From the IMG/VR virus record IMGVR_UViG_3300037067_006044, positions 37,565 to 101,564 of that record: a stretch of DNA of 64,000 nt; one strand, given 5' to 3'. Positions 21,354-31,884 of the stretch are shown here, in pieces; the first letter of the stretch is position 1, and each line of letters begins with the position of its first letter. The stretch comes from a virus (Duplodnaviria > Caudoviricetes). The translations under genes were made by a program, and so were the position numbers. The notes beneath the pieces are model-generated. The model did not search any database, was not told the origin of the DNA, and saw only the letters and a program-made list of their open reading frames with translations.

Positions 21354-22220
21354 ATGTCTCAATCATTATTCGTTCACACCAATAAAATATCTTTAGATAA
21401 ATATTATACTCCAATTGAGAAGTCTCAAGAATTAATTGAATTTACTCTTAATTTTATTGGAAGGAATAAGATAGATACAATAATAGAACCAAGTGCCGGA
21501 AATGGTTCATTCTCAAATTATCTTTTCAACACTTATTCGAACATTTATAAAATTCATGCATTCGATATAAAACCAGAAGAAGGAAGAATAAAGGAACAAG
21601 ATTTCTTAAAGATTACTAATTTTAGGTATAATGATAAATGTCTTATTATTGGAAATCCTCCATTTGGAGAAAACAAGAATCTATTAACACAATTTTTTAA
21701 TAAGAGTATTTTATTATCTGAATATATTGCTTTCATTCTCCCAATTTCATATCTTAATAATAGTAAATCATTTTTTTATTATGATTTGATAAGTAGTAAG
21801 GATTTAGGATTAATGAATTATTCTGATAGAGAATTGACTTGTTGTTTTAATATTTATAAAAGACCTATTTCCGGAAGTTTAAATAAATTAAAAAGTAATA
21901 AAATAGATTTTATAGAAATTAAGCAAGAGAAATATAATCATCTTTCTTCTTATGATTTTCGAGTTCAAAGATTAGGAGAAAATATTGGAAAAGTAGTAAA
22001 AGAAAAAGAAATAAAAAGTTATTATGCAATTAAGATACATTCAGATGATAATGAATTAAAAGAAAGAATTAGATTGATTTTTGATAGTTATGATTGGATG
22101 AGTGTAAAACAATTTATTTCGATTCCATATCTTACTATTACTGATATTTATGATGTTTTAAATGAAGAATTAAAATTAGATACAAAAGATAATAAAACAG
22201 ATAAATTATTTGAATTTTAG
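21354..22220 (+). CDS. N6-adenine DNA methyltransferase (gamma-type motif order)
   Basis: YYT, IEPSAGNGSF (motif I), GNPPF (motif IV). Confidence 0.88.
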   Translation: MSQSLFVHTNKISLDKYYTPIEKSQELIEFTLNFIGRNKIDTIIEPSAGNGSFSNYLFNTYSNIYKIHAFDIKPEEGRIKEQDFLKITNFRYNDKCLIIGNPPFGENKNLLTQFFNKSILLSEYIAFILPISYLNNSKSFFYYDLISSKDLGLMNYSDRELTCCFNIYKRPISGSLNKLKSNKIDFIEIKQEKYNHLSSYDFRVQRLGENIGKVVKEKEIKSYYAIKIHSDDNELKERIRLIFDSYDWMSVKQFISIPYLTITDIYDVLNEELKLDTKDNKTDKLFEF

Positions 22221-22225
22221 ATATT

Positions 22226-23155
22226 ATGATAGAAAATTATATAAATAAATTATTTTGCAAAGACAATTTAGAGTTATTAAAAGAACTTCCTAACAATAGT
22301 ATCGATTTAATTTATTCAGATATTCTTTATGGAACCGGAGTTAAGTTTGATGATTATCAAGATTTAAAGATAAATATAAAAGAGAAGTTAATATTTGATA
22401 TTATTCCAGAGACTATTTATAATCATTATTGGATTAGATTAATTGAGATGAAGAGAATATTAAAAGATACTGGAAGTATTTATCTTCAAATGGATACAAG
22501 AATAAATCATTGGATAAGAATAATGATGGATATGATTTTTGGATATAATAATTTTCACAATGAGATAACTTGGAATTATAGATTTAGTCCTGTTTCATCT
22601 TCTCATTTTTCAAAAGCACACGATATAATTTTATTTTATTCTAAATCAGATACTTATACATTTAATAAAATAAATCATTTATTTGATAGTTCAGAAAGAA
22701 CAAAATCAGATTGGTTAAAATTTGCAGATGAAAACGGAAATGTTTTAATGAAAGATTTGCCATCATCTTTAAAAAATTCGTCTATATTTATTCGTAGCGG
22801 TAGAAAAGATGGTGATGTCGGATTTAATTGTTTAAATGGAATACCAATTGATTGGTGGGAAATACCGACATCTGTTAGAGGAAATAATCCAGAAATAAAA
22901 CACGGAAAATACAATACTCAAAAACCAGAAAGATTATTAGAAAGAATAATTCTTGCAAGTAGTAATGAAAATGACATTGTTTTAGATTTATATATGGGAA
23001 GTGGGACATCAATGGTTGTTGCTAAGAAAAATAATAGAAAATGGATTGGATGTGATATAAATTCAAAGAGTATTGATTTAACAAATTTAAGATTGAATGA
23101 TATTGAAGATAAATCAAAACAAATAGAACATAAAAATAAATTATTTGAATTTTAG
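22226..23155 (+). CDS. beta-class N4/N6 DNA methyltransferase with DILY in motif IV
   Basis: IDLIYSDILY, TQKPERLLERII, VLDLYMGSGT. Confidence 0.88.
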   Translation: MIENYINKLFCKDNLELLKELPNNSIDLIYSDILYGTGVKFDDYQDLKINIKEKLIFDIIPETIYNHYWIRLIEMKRILKDTGSIYLQMDTRINHWIRIMMDMIFGYNNFHNEITWNYRFSPVSSSHFSKAHDIILFYSKSDTYTFNKINHLFDSSERTKSDWLKFADENGNVLMKDLPSSLKNSSIFIRSGRKDGDVGFNCLNGIPIDWWEIPTSVRGNNPEIKHGKYNTQKPERLLERIILASSNENDIVLDLYMGSGTSMVVAKKNNRKWIGCDINSKSIDLTNLRLNDIEDKSKQIEHKNKLFEF

Positions 23156-23170
23156 TTTTATATTTTTAGA

Positions 23171-24523
23171 ATGATAGTTACAACAAATAATATATTCAAT
23201 CAATTAAAATCTGAAATAGATATTTATTCTAATTTCATTATTCTTCCTATTTTAGAAAATCATCTATTATTAAGATATAAGAATAATTTACTTTTATTAT
23301 ACATTTGTATTTTAGATGATAATTTCAATATTGTAAATAAGTATATTTTAAACATAAATCATTTAGATATTTTCTTTAAATGTAATATAGATGAATTAGA
23401 TTTTACAAATAAGAATCTATACACAAATGATAAGAAATGTCTTACTTTCTTTTTATCTTGTACTAATATATATGAATTGCAGATAGTTGATAAGAATGTA
23501 AATTTCAATAGGAAAACACTGGATTTAAACAATACATTCAATCTTCATCATTCTAAGAAATCATATAATAAAATATTACCATTAACTCATCACATTGAAT
23601 ATTTAGAACAAGAATTTCAGTATTATTATGATTTATTAATAGAAAATAAAACAAGAATAAAGGATAAAGATTTCTTATTTTACAATAATATTATTTCCAC
23701 TCTTTATAAGATAGAAAGTGAAGGAATATGTATAAATAAAGAATTGTTTAAAGAAATAAATAAAGATAAGTTACAATATCATTTAAAAGATTCATTTGAT
23801 AATTATGTATATTGTGATTATAATATTTATACTTCTACAGGAAGGACTTCTAATTCATATGGAAGAATAAATTTTAATGCGTTAAATAAAAAAACAAATG
23901 AAAGAGAAATAATAGTTAGTAGATATGGAAAAGAAGGAATGTTGATTGAATTTGATTATTCTGCATATCATCTTTCAATATTAGCAGATTTAATACAATA
24001 TAAATTTCCAGATAATATAAAGAGTATTCATGATTATTTAGGAAAACAATATTTTAATGTAGAAGAATTAAGTAAAGAACAATATAAAGACACAAAAATA
24101 TTAAATTTTCAATTTTTATACGGAGGAATACCAGATGATATAATTGATAATATTGAATATTTTAAAAAAGTTAATATTTATTTAAAACTATTATATAAAG
24201 AATATTTAGAAAATGGATTTATTGTTTCTCCTATTTCAAATAGAAGAATAGATAATGTAGAAAATCACAATGCAAATAAAGTATTAAATTATTTATTGCA
24301 AATGTTAGAAACTGAAATAACTACTAATAATATTTCTAATGTAATGAATAAAATAAATAATAAAAAAATACATTCAATACTTTATGTTTATGATTCTATT
24401 TTATTTGATATTCATAAATCAGAATTAGAATTTATGGAAAATATTAAAACAATTTTATCAGAAAATAATAAATTTATCATAACAACTAAATATTCCGAAA
24501 CAAATTATAAAGATATTAAATGA
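23171..24523 (+). CDS. compact family-A DNA polymerase
   Basis: TSTGRTS, EFDYSAYH (motif A), KILNFQFLYGG (motif B), NYLLQ, YVYDSILFD (motif C). Confidence 0.85.
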   Translation: MIVTTNNIFNQLKSEIDIYSNFIILPILENHLLLRYKNNLLLLYICILDDNFNIVNKYILNINHLDIFFKCNIDELDFTNKNLYTNDKKCLTFFLSCTNIYELQIVDKNVNFNRKTLDLNNTFNLHHSKKSYNKILPLTHHIEYLEQEFQYYYDLLIENKTRIKDKDFLFYNNIISTLYKIESEGICINKELFKEINKDKLQYHLKDSFDNYVYCDYNIYTSTGRTSNSYGRINFNALNKKTNEREIIVSRYGKEGMLIEFDYSAYHLSILADLIQYKFPDNIKSIHDYLGKQYFNVEELSKEQYKDTKILNFQFLYGGIPDDIIDNIEYFKKVNIYLKLLYKEYLENGFIVSPISNRRIDNVENHNANKVLNYLLQMLETEITTNNISNVMNKINNKKIHSILYVYDSILFDIHKSELEFMENIKTILSENNKFIITTKYSETNYKDIK

Positions 24524-25443
24524 TAGAAAATTATATAAATAAATTATTTTGTAAAGATAATTTAGAATTATTAAAAGAACTTCCTTCCAATTCTATTGAT
24601 TTGATTTATGGTGATATTTTGTATGGAACTGGAAAAGATTGGAAGGATTATAAAGATATAAATAGCAATGAAACAGAAGTCAATACTTTTTATTATGAAC
24701 GAATAAAGGAGATGAAAAGAGTATTAAAAGAAACTGGCTCTATTTATCTTCAAATGGACACAAATATCAATCATTATATTAAATTAATGTTAAATAAAAT
24801 CTTTGGAAATAAAAACTTTAGAAATGAAATAATTTGGAAAAGAGGTAATTCAAGTGGATTTAAAACTCAATATAATGGATTTATTAAAAATCATGACATA
24901 ATTTTATTTTATTCTAAATCAGACAAATATTTATTTAATAAATTAAAATATGATGAATATAATGGGTTTTACAATAGATGGAAAAAATATAGTTTAGATA
25001 ATGAAACAATAACATATATTAATTTTCCTAAGTCAGATAAAAAATGGCTTAATTCATTAATAGAAAAATTTAAAAAAGAAAATAATAGAGAACCATTAAA
25101 TAATGATATACTTTATAGATTTAATTCTACATATATAGAAGACATTTGGACAGATATATCTGACATTGCTTATGGTTCAAAAGAAAAAATTGATTATGCA
25201 ACTCAAAAACCAGAAAAATTATTAGAAAGAATAATTCTTGCAAGTAGTAATAAAAATAATATTGTTTTGGATTGTTTTCTCGGAAGTGGAACTACAATCG
25301 TTGTTTCTGAAAAATTGAATAGAAAATGGATTGGTATAGATATAAATCAAAAAAGTATTGAAATAACAAATGAAAGATTAAACAATATAAATACACACCA
25401 AATAAAAATAAAAGAAAAACTTAATAATATATTTGAATTTTAA
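24520..25443 (+). CDS. beta-class N4/N6 DNA methyltransferase with DILY in motif IV, paralog of 22226-23155
   Basis: IDLIYGDILY, YATQKPEKLLERII, LDCFLGSGTT. Confidence 0.88.
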   Translation: MIENYINKLFCKDNLELLKELPSNSIDLIYGDILYGTGKDWKDYKDINSNETEVNTFYYERIKEMKRVLKETGSIYLQMDTNINHYIKLMLNKIFGNKNFRNEIIWKRGNSSGFKTQYNGFIKNHDIILFYSKSDKYLFNKLKYDEYNGFYNRWKKYSLDNETITYINFPKSDKKWLNSLIEKFKKENNREPLNNDILYRFNSTYIEDIWTDISDIAYGSKEKIDYATQKPEKLLERIILASSNKNNIVLDCFLGSGTTIVVSEKLNRKWIGIDINQKSIEITNERLNNINTHQIKIKEKLNNIFEF

Positions 25444-25446
25444 ATT

Positions 25447-25656
25447 ATGAATGATAATCAATTAAATTTTTGTTATTTTGATTGTAAATATCTAACAATA
25501 ACAGAAGAGGAACAAAGAAAATTTCAGGGTAAATATATTCCAGAACATATTTGTAAAAAGTATAATAAACGAGTCACACATGATAAATATGATATGCTAT
25601 TAGTGAGATTAGATTGTTGCAAATATAGAGAAGTGGATTTAAATAAAAAACTCTAA
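25447..25656 (+). CDS. small Cys-rich hypothetical protein
   Basis: 69-aa ORF at operon end. Confidence 0.6.
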   Translation: MNDNQLNFCYFDCKYLTITEEEQRKFQGKYIPEHICKKYNKRVTHDKYDMLLVRLDCCKYREVDLNKKL

Positions 25657-25701
25657 CCAATTATGATTAGAGTTTCTATTTGTAAAAATTAATTAAAAAA
25701 C
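25646..25701. terminator. hairpin terminator, near-duplicate of 13196-13256
   Basis: AAACTCTAA...TTAGAGTTTCT then TTTGTAAAAATTAATTAAAA. Confidence 0.65.
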
Positions 25702-26643
25702 TTAAAAAGTCTTTATACAATAATCATAAGTTAGCATTTCTTTCAATACTAAAAGCATTGTATCTGAATGAGTTAATATTTCTTTTGTTTTGTTGTCTAA
25801 TTTTTGAAATTCTGGTATTTTATCATATATTACTTCTAAAGCACATCCCAATGCTTCGGCATAACCATCTTTTATTTCTGGTTTTTCGTTGGTTTTTGAT
25901 TTTTCAACATGAACTTCTTCTTTATATTCAATTTGTGGTTTTGGTTCTTTTATATCTTTAACTTTAATCTTTTTACTTTTAGTTTCTTCTTTGTTTTCTC
26001 TTAAAATTGCAAGTTTTTGATTTTGTTCTGCTTTAGTTTTATTTAATTTTACAAAATCAATTGCTGCAGTTATACTAATTTCATCATTTTTTATTGCTTC
26101 AATAAGTTCTTCTGATCCTTCTTTTCCTAAAGTTATTAAATTATATACTTTTTGATATGGTAAAGAGGTCATTTTAGCAATTTCAGAAGTACTTTTACCT
26201 TGATTTTGTAATTGTAAAAGAATGTTTGTTAATTCTATGTCATTAAATGGTAATTGTGTATTATTTAAAACCACATGTTTTGCCAAAATATCAATATCAT
26301 CTGATTTATCAATATATGCTTCAATATAAGGTATTTCGTGTCCAGAAGCAACCAATTCCATCATTCTTAATGTTCTTCTAAATCCATGAGTTACTTTATA
26401 TTTACCATTTCCAATGCTTTTTACATATATTGGTTGAAGTTGTCCATATAATCTTAAAGAATCTCTTAATGCATCATTTTGTTCTACTGTACCATAAACT
26501 TCTCTTGGATTTGTGGGAATTTCAATTTCCAATCTTTCAAATGGAATTTTCCAAGTTTTTTGAATTCTATCTAACGGTTTTATTGATCCATCTTCATTAA
26601 TAAAAGATACTTCTAAATTTTGAGTTTGATTTAAATTTTCCAT
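25702..26643 (-). CDS. ParB/Srx-like domain protein with HTH
   Basis: NPR...LRDSLRLYGQLQPIYV...VTHGFRR; EIAKMTSLPYQKV HTH. Confidence 0.85.
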   Translation of the reverse strand: MENLNQTQNLEVSFINEDGSIKPLDRIQKTWKIPFERLEIEIPTNPREVYGTVEQNDALRDSLRLYGQLQPIYVKSIGNGKYKVTHGFRRTLRMMELVASGHEIPYIEAYIDKSDDIDILAKHVVLNNTQLPFNDIELTNILLQLQNQGKSTSEIAKMTSLPYQKVYNLITLGKEGSEELIEAIKNDEISITAAIDFVKLNKTKAEQNQKLAILRENKEETKSKKIKVKDIKEPKPQIEYKEEVHVEKSKTNEKPEIKDGYAEALGCALEVIYDKIPEFQKLDNKTKEILTHSDTMLLVLKEMLTYDYCIKTF

Positions 26644-26687
26644 TTTATTTATATTTTTAAAGTTTATATTAATTAATAATTACACTA

Positions 26688-26718
26688 CAAAAATATAAAC
26701 TATTTTTTAATCTACAAA
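26688..26718 (-). promoter_or_regulatory. Bacteroidota sigma70-type promoter
   Basis: TTTG-N19-TATTTTTG. Confidence 0.7.
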
Positions 26719-26852
26719 ATATTTCTTAATTAATTTTTGAATTTTAACATTATTTAACAATTGATATTTATAATTTATTGAAAATTAAAGAAATAAAAAA
26801 CACCAACTAAATTAATAATTGGTGTTTAAATATGTTTTTCTAAAATTAAATG

Positions 26853-27218
26853 TTATTTGTTGTATTTTGCAACTATCTTTTCTATTTCTTTGCCTATTGT
26901 ATTATCTGCTTTTTTAAGTTCTTTAATAATTAATTCTGAAATTTCCTCCTCCGTTTTCTTTTTTATTATTGATAATTCTTTATTTACAGATTCATTGCCA
27001 TCTTTATATCTACTTATTACTTTATTTTTAAAAGATTCCGAAGGTTTGATTTTAATGTTTGTTATTGTAGAATATAATGTAGGAGTAATGGTTATATCTC
27101 TATCATCAAAATCTCCTAATGATATATAAATATCATTAATACCACCACCAAGATTTTGAAATCTATATCCACTTTCTTCTTTCAATAGAGTTTGTTTCTT
27201 TACTTCTTTTCTTACCAT
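26853..27218 (-). CDS. hypothetical late/virion protein, possibly frameshifted 5' end
   Basis: 121-aa ORF; TATATTTATA upstream; out-of-frame ATG at 27259 separated by an A8 run. Confidence 0.65.
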   Translation of the reverse strand: MVRKEVKKQTLLKEESGYRFQNLGGGINDIYISLGDFDDRDITITPTLYSTITNIKIKPSESFKNKVISRYKDGNESVNKELSIIKKKTEEEISELIIKELKKADNTIGKEIEKIVAKYNK

Positions 27219-27318
27219 TGATTCAATTAGTGATTGAACCTCATTTTTTTTGTAATCATAATATTCAGTTTTTATTTAGTTAATAATTTTAATATAAATA
27301 TAAAAAAATAAATTTTTA

Positions 27319-28044
27319 TTAAATAATTTCAGTATCTTCAATTTTTAAAGAAGAAGGACGACTTTGATGTTTCAATGCAAAATCTTTCATATTTTTATTT
27401 CCTAAAAAAGAAGCAATATTAGTAATATCGACGTCATTTACATTATTAGATTGTTGGGTATCTTGTTCTATTTGTTGGTCTTCAATAAAACCAGTATTAT
27501 CTTCTGTACTATTAAATTGTTCTTCTAATACACTTCTAAAATTATTAAGTTTAGTATTTAATTTTTCTGGTATTTGTTTCTTTGTTGATTCTATATTATT
27601 AACTATTTTTTGAACTGCTTGTTTTTTTTGTGGCTGAGTTATGATTTGATTTTGTCTTGCATAATCTTCATCGAAATCTTCTTCATCATCATCTTCAAAA
27701 TCATTAGAAGTTAATTCATTGACAGTATTTTTAAGAATATTATTAATTAATGGGTCTTTACTATAAGTCTTTTTTAATAATTCTTGCTTTTGATTATTTT
27801 GTTTCTGAATTATTTGTTTTTTACTAATAATAGAATTATTTGATGTAGTTCTATTTTCATTTATAACTTCTTTAATTAAAGATTTAATTAAATCGGAATT
27901 TCTTAATTCTTTTTTAATTTGATTTTTAAGAACAATCTCTTGTTCATTCATCATTTTGGTGAATTGTTCTTTTAAAACTTTAATTAAAATCATTTCTCTA
28001 TCTGTGAAATATGATTGTTTTTTAATCAGTTTTTTTGTGTCCAT
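27319..28044 (-). CDS. hypothetical late protein
   Basis: 241-aa ORF in the structural cluster. Confidence 0.75.
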   Translation of the reverse strand: MDTKKLIKKQSYFTDREMILIKVLKEQFTKMMNEQEIVLKNQIKKELRNSDLIKSLIKEVINENRTTSNNSIISKKQIIQKQNNQKQELLKKTYSKDPLINNILKNTVNELTSNDFEDDDEEDFDEDYARQNQIITQPQKKQAVQKIVNNIESTKKQIPEKLNTKLNNFRSVLEEQFNSTEDNTGFIEDQQIEQDTQQSNNVNDVDITNIASFLGNKNMKDFALKHQSRPSSLKIEDTEII

Positions 28045-28074
28045 ATAAGTTTATATTTAAATTTTTATATATGT

Positions 28075-29430
28075 TTATTCTACAAATGATTTTTTACTTA
28101 ATATATATTTTGTTGTCTTTAATTTAGTTTGTAAAGTTAAGAATTTAATTGAACTGGGTGGAAGCATAATGCCACTTGGACCTACGGAAGTTATCATAGT
28201 CATCACTAATAATTCACTTATAATATCGTCTAATGTATTTAATAATTGAGTTCCAAGTACCAATGGTTCTTTTTCATTCTTACTATTTCCACCAAAATAC
28301 ATTTTATTAGAATCTAAAGTGGTTGTTTTGGTATTAATATTAACTTCATTTTTAGAATCTAAAGTAAATATATCATCTGATTTTATATTAATATTATTTT
28401 TAGCTTCAAAAGTAATATAGTCTTCAGATTTTATATATGTAGATGTTTTACAGTTTAATAATATATCTTCTGATTGAACATTCATTTTAACTGTGTCGAT
28501 AGCAAGATAACTTTTAGCATCAAAATTAATACTAATATCTGATGTTATGTGAGTTGCAGTTTTAGAACTTAATAATATATCATCTGTTTTACTATTAATA
28601 TTTATTCTATTTGCAGTAATAAAAAATTGAGAATCTAAATAATCAATATTTGCAATTGGAGTATCATCATTTATAAAACTATTAAATATTTGAGAATTTG
28701 GTTGAAAATCTATACTTTGTCCATCTGTAATATATAGACTGGCATTATCTTTGTTTATATCTTCTACAATATAATCATTTTCATTTATATTTTTATCAAT
28801 TCTAATAAATAAAAGTGGGTCACCAATATTTCCTTTATTACTCCAAGTATTTAATTTCTTATCTCCAGTACTACCAATTCTAATACTATTTCCAAATCTA
28901 CCAGAAATAATCATGTCTCCTTCAAATGGTTGAAGATTAGGAATTTTAATATTTTCAACAAAATAATCACCAAGAGGAATTTCTGTATCTGTTTGTGTTA
29001 CTCCGGTAAAATCAGATATGTTTGAAGATTTAACAAAATCAACATTAATAGTAGAATAAGGAAGAGCATTATTATTTTGATATCCCCAAACATTTACAAT
29101 TGTGTTATAATAAAATCCAACAGTTTTATCCACAATACTACTTTGAGGAATTGGTGCTTGATAAATAAAAACTATTTCATGCTTAATTGGATATTTTTTA
29201 AAATTTGAATCTAATTGATGAGCAATACTTAATTGTGATTCTGGTTTTCTATAATCAGAAATCATTCGTCTAAAAACAATTGCACCAATATCACTTACAG
29301 TTCTATATCTTGGATGTTTATCTGTTAATATAATATCTACAACTTCAGCTGATTCCGGCGGTAATATTGTTGATGTAGAATTGGTGGATGAAGATTGATT
29401 ATTTTGTCCTAAACGAGTTTTCTTAGCCAT
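28075..29430 (-). CDS. putative baseplate spike (gp5/gpV-like beta-helix) protein
   Basis: EGDMIISGRFGNSIRIGS, repetitive beta-helix-like C-terminal half, EPLVLG...TSVGPSG tip. Confidence 0.65.
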   Translation of the reverse strand: MAKKTRLGQNNQSSSTNSTSTILPPESAEVVDIILTDKHPRYRTVSDIGAIVFRRMISDYRKPESQLSIAHQLDSNFKKYPIKHEIVFIYQAPIPQSSIVDKTVGFYYNTIVNVWGYQNNNALPYSTINVDFVKSSNISDFTGVTQTDTEIPLGDYFVENIKIPNLQPFEGDMIISGRFGNSIRIGSTGDKKLNTWSNKGNIGDPLLFIRIDKNINENDYIVEDINKDNASLYITDGQSIDFQPNSQIFNSFINDDTPIANIDYLDSQFFITANRININSKTDDILLSSKTATHITSDISINFDAKSYLAIDTVKMNVQSEDILLNCKTSTYIKSEDYITFEAKNNINIKSDDIFTLDSKNEVNINTKTTTLDSNKMYFGGNSKNEKEPLVLGTQLLNTLDDIISELLVMTMITSVGPSGIMLPPSSIKFLTLQTKLKTTKYILSKKSFVE

Positions 29431-29432
29431 AC

Positions 29433-29786
29433 TTAAATCACACTTTTAAATTTATCTTGTTCTACTTGACTTCTTAACTCATCTAATTCTTCTGGTGAAA
29501 AATCAAATGAAGTAATTTCAGGATTAACTGAAGCTTGCCTTGATATTGACCGTTCTATAATTGCAGCCATTTTAACAAGAATATCATTATTTTTAACTGT
29601 TGTATCTAAATAATCTTTTATGATAGGACTAAGAATAGTGGCATCAGAAACACCATTAACAAGTTCTTTTAATTCGTTAATTGCTTCATCTATTTGAGAA
29701 TGAATATAATTTTGATTCTTATATATTTCTTGAAATAAATCACTTAATGTTTTATCTCCAAATATTTTAATTTCATTGAATTCCAT
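29433..29786 (-). CDS. hypothetical coiled-coil protein
   Basis: 117-aa ORF in operon. Confidence 0.75.
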   Translation of the reverse strand: MEFNEIKIFGDKTLSDLFQEIYKNQNYIHSQIDEAINELKELVNGVSDATILSPIIKDYLDTTVKNNDILVKMAAIIERSISRQASVNPEITSFDFSPEELDELRSQVEQDKFKSVI

Positions 29787-29791
29787 TTTTA

Positions 29792-30520
29792 TTATTTTAG
29801 TTCTAATTCATTTAAATTTGGTATATAATCTAAATCCAATTTATCTTCTTTTATATAAATATTATAAAGATGCTTAAATAATATTTTTAATTTTTTAGTT
29901 GTTTTGGTTATTTTAATTGTATCCTTTTTATTTATATCTGTTATTTCTCTAATATAAATATAAATACTTTTTTTTCTTAAATTTTCTAAATTATGACATC
30001 TTTTCAATAAAATAAGAATTGCATCTACTATTTTTCTGTCTTCTGTAGAATCAAATATTTTTAAAAAGTTTTTATCTAAATATGGAATAAGAATATCATA
30101 AAATTCTAATTTTGTATGATTTGTTTCATTATCTAAAATTTCGTCATCATCATTAATATTGATAGTTCTTTTCTTTTTAATATTTTGATATGCTTTATTA
30201 TTTTCTTGAATTAAGAAATTAATGGTAATACGAGTAAAGAATGAATATGCTTTACCTCTTTCTGGATTAAATTCCTTTAATTTACTTAAAATAAATTCCA
30301 ATGCTCTATTCTGAGTAGCAGCAAAAGTATCTGAAATATAATAAAATCTATATTTATTAATAAGGCTTTCAGTCATTTTATCAAAAGCATATTCTAAATG
30401 TAAATGATATATTTGATTTCTATATGTATTATCATTACTATTATTATAATCTATAATTGCTTTTTCTGTTTCTTCTGTAAAATAAAATTTATTCGGTGGT
30501 TTCTGTTGTAACTGTATCAT
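29792..30520 (-). CDS. gp55-like late-transcription sigma factor
   Basis: FNPERGKAYSFFTRITINFLIQ resembles sigma region 2 of T4 gp55-like proteins. Confidence 0.65.
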   Translation of the reverse strand: MIQLQQKPPNKFYFTEETEKAIIDYNNSNDNTYRNQIYHLHLEYAFDKMTESLINKYRFYYISDTFAATQNRALEFILSKLKEFNPERGKAYSFFTRITINFLIQENNKAYQNIKKKRTININDDDEILDNETNHTKLEFYDILIPYLDKNFLKIFDSTEDRKIVDAILILLKRCHNLENLRKKSIYIYIREITDINKKDTIKITKTTKKLKILFKHLYNIYIKEDKLDLDYIPNLNELELK

Positions 30521-30788
30521 ATAATGTTTTTGCTTCCTCTAATAGGGTTTGTATATTTTGTATTTCTTTAAAAAAGAAACCGACTTCATCATCACTTTCA
30601 AAATGACCAGATGCATCTATTTCCTTTAATTTTCTATGTGAATAATTAATTCTTCCAAATATAAAATCATAAAGTAAAATAAAGTCGCTTAAAATATCAT
30701 GTACTTTTAAATATTTTCTACTTATAAAAATAGAAACTAAAATACTGCAAATTAACAAAATTGATAAAATTATTACTATAGTAACCAT
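30489..30788 (-). CDS. membrane-anchored hypothetical protein
   Basis: N-terminal hydrophobic helix; FESDDEVGFFF motif. Confidence 0.7.
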   Translation of the reverse strand: MVTIVIILSILLICSILVSIFISRKYLKVHDILSDFILLYDFIFGRINYSHRKLKEIDASGHFESDDEVGFFFKEIQNIQTLLEEAKTLYDTVTTETTE

Positions 30789-30799
30789 AATTTTAATTT

Positions 30800-31417
30800 T
30801 TAATTATTTTCTAAAACCCAACCGTCATTAATAAATTTATCTAAATATTTATATTTAACCACTTGTTTTTTATTTGTTGTTGAATTATAAATACTAATAA
30901 GTTGATTTCTATTATATTTCTTATTCTTACTATCCATTATCGGAATAGTATTAAATTCATTTTCATTATCTAATATAGTTCTACAATCTAACATGTCAAT
31001 AGATTTTTGAACTGCGGAAGTAATATTTAATAAATTACTTATTTCGACTTGTTTGTATTTGTTTTTATCATCTATTCCAATTATTGTGGGTTCTTTAAAA
31101 TTGTCCGCTTGTATTTTAACCCATTGATATCTTTTTGTATTTATCATCTTTTGTGGAACACTTAAACAAGTTTCTACAAAATCAAACATTTCATTGGAAT
31201 GTTCTATTATAATAGGATTTATAAAAAATAAAGGTTCTATTATATTTGTTACTGATATTCTATAATCATTTATTCCAATTTGATTAGAACTTAGTGATGT
31301 ACCTGTTTTATATACACTTAAATAGCTAAATAATTTTTTAACAACTTCTTCAGATTCTTCTTTTGTGTGTGAAGAATGAACTGATTTATTTAATTTTGAA
31401 ATATCTGTAATTATCAT
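30800..31417 (-). CDS. peptide deformylase-like protein, catalytically degenerate
   Basis: GTSLSSNQIG (motif 1), FINP, ETCLS (motif 2), QKSIDML in place of QHExDHL (motif 3). Confidence 0.75.
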   Translation of the reverse strand: MIITDISKLNKSVHSSHTKEESEEVVKKLFSYLSVYKTGTSLSSNQIGINDYRISVTNIIEPLFFINPIIIEHSNEMFDFVETCLSVPQKMINTKRYQWVKIQADNFKEPTIIGIDDKNKYKQVEISNLLNITSAVQKSIDMLDCRTILDNENEFNTIPIMDSKNKKYNRNQLISIYNSTTNKKQVVKYKYLDKFINDGWVLENN

Positions 31418-31426
31418 ATATTTTAT

Positions 31427-31771
31427 TTATTGAATTGGTTCAATATCAAATCCAAGAATTTCTTTTCTTATTTTAAATCTTTTTTCTATTTCATCGTCGA
31501 TAAAAGATTTCTTTTGTAGTGAGTTATTAATTCTGTCTAAATCAGATTCTTTATAATCATAATAAATTCCTTCATTTTGATTTCTATAATCCCAAATACC
31601 TCCTAAAGATTCTGTACCATTGCTATCTCTAATAATTTCTAAAGCTAATCCAAGAGGATGTAAAAATCTTCTATTTAATTCTTGTAAATAACCTAATTCA
31701 CGAAATTCTTTTATATTAATTTTAGGTATATCATTATTTAATATCACTTCATCTTTTTTTATTTTATTCAT
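31427..31771 (-). CDS. hypothetical phage protein
   Basis: 114-aa ORF with GYLQELNRRFLHPLGLAL motif. Confidence 0.75.
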   Translation of the reverse strand: MNKIKKDEVILNNDIPKINIKEFRELGYLQELNRRFLHPLGLALEIIRDSNGTESLGGIWDYRNQNEGIYYDYKESDLDRINNSLQKKSFIDDEIEKRFKIRKEILGFDIEPIQ

Positions 31772-31884
31772 AAAGTAATTTATTTTTAATTAATTTTAAA
31801 CTCTTATCCCTCCATCTGGAGTCATTCCTTTTTCTTTTTTCTTTATTGTTTGTTTTTCGTCAAAATATTCTTTTAATTCTTTAT

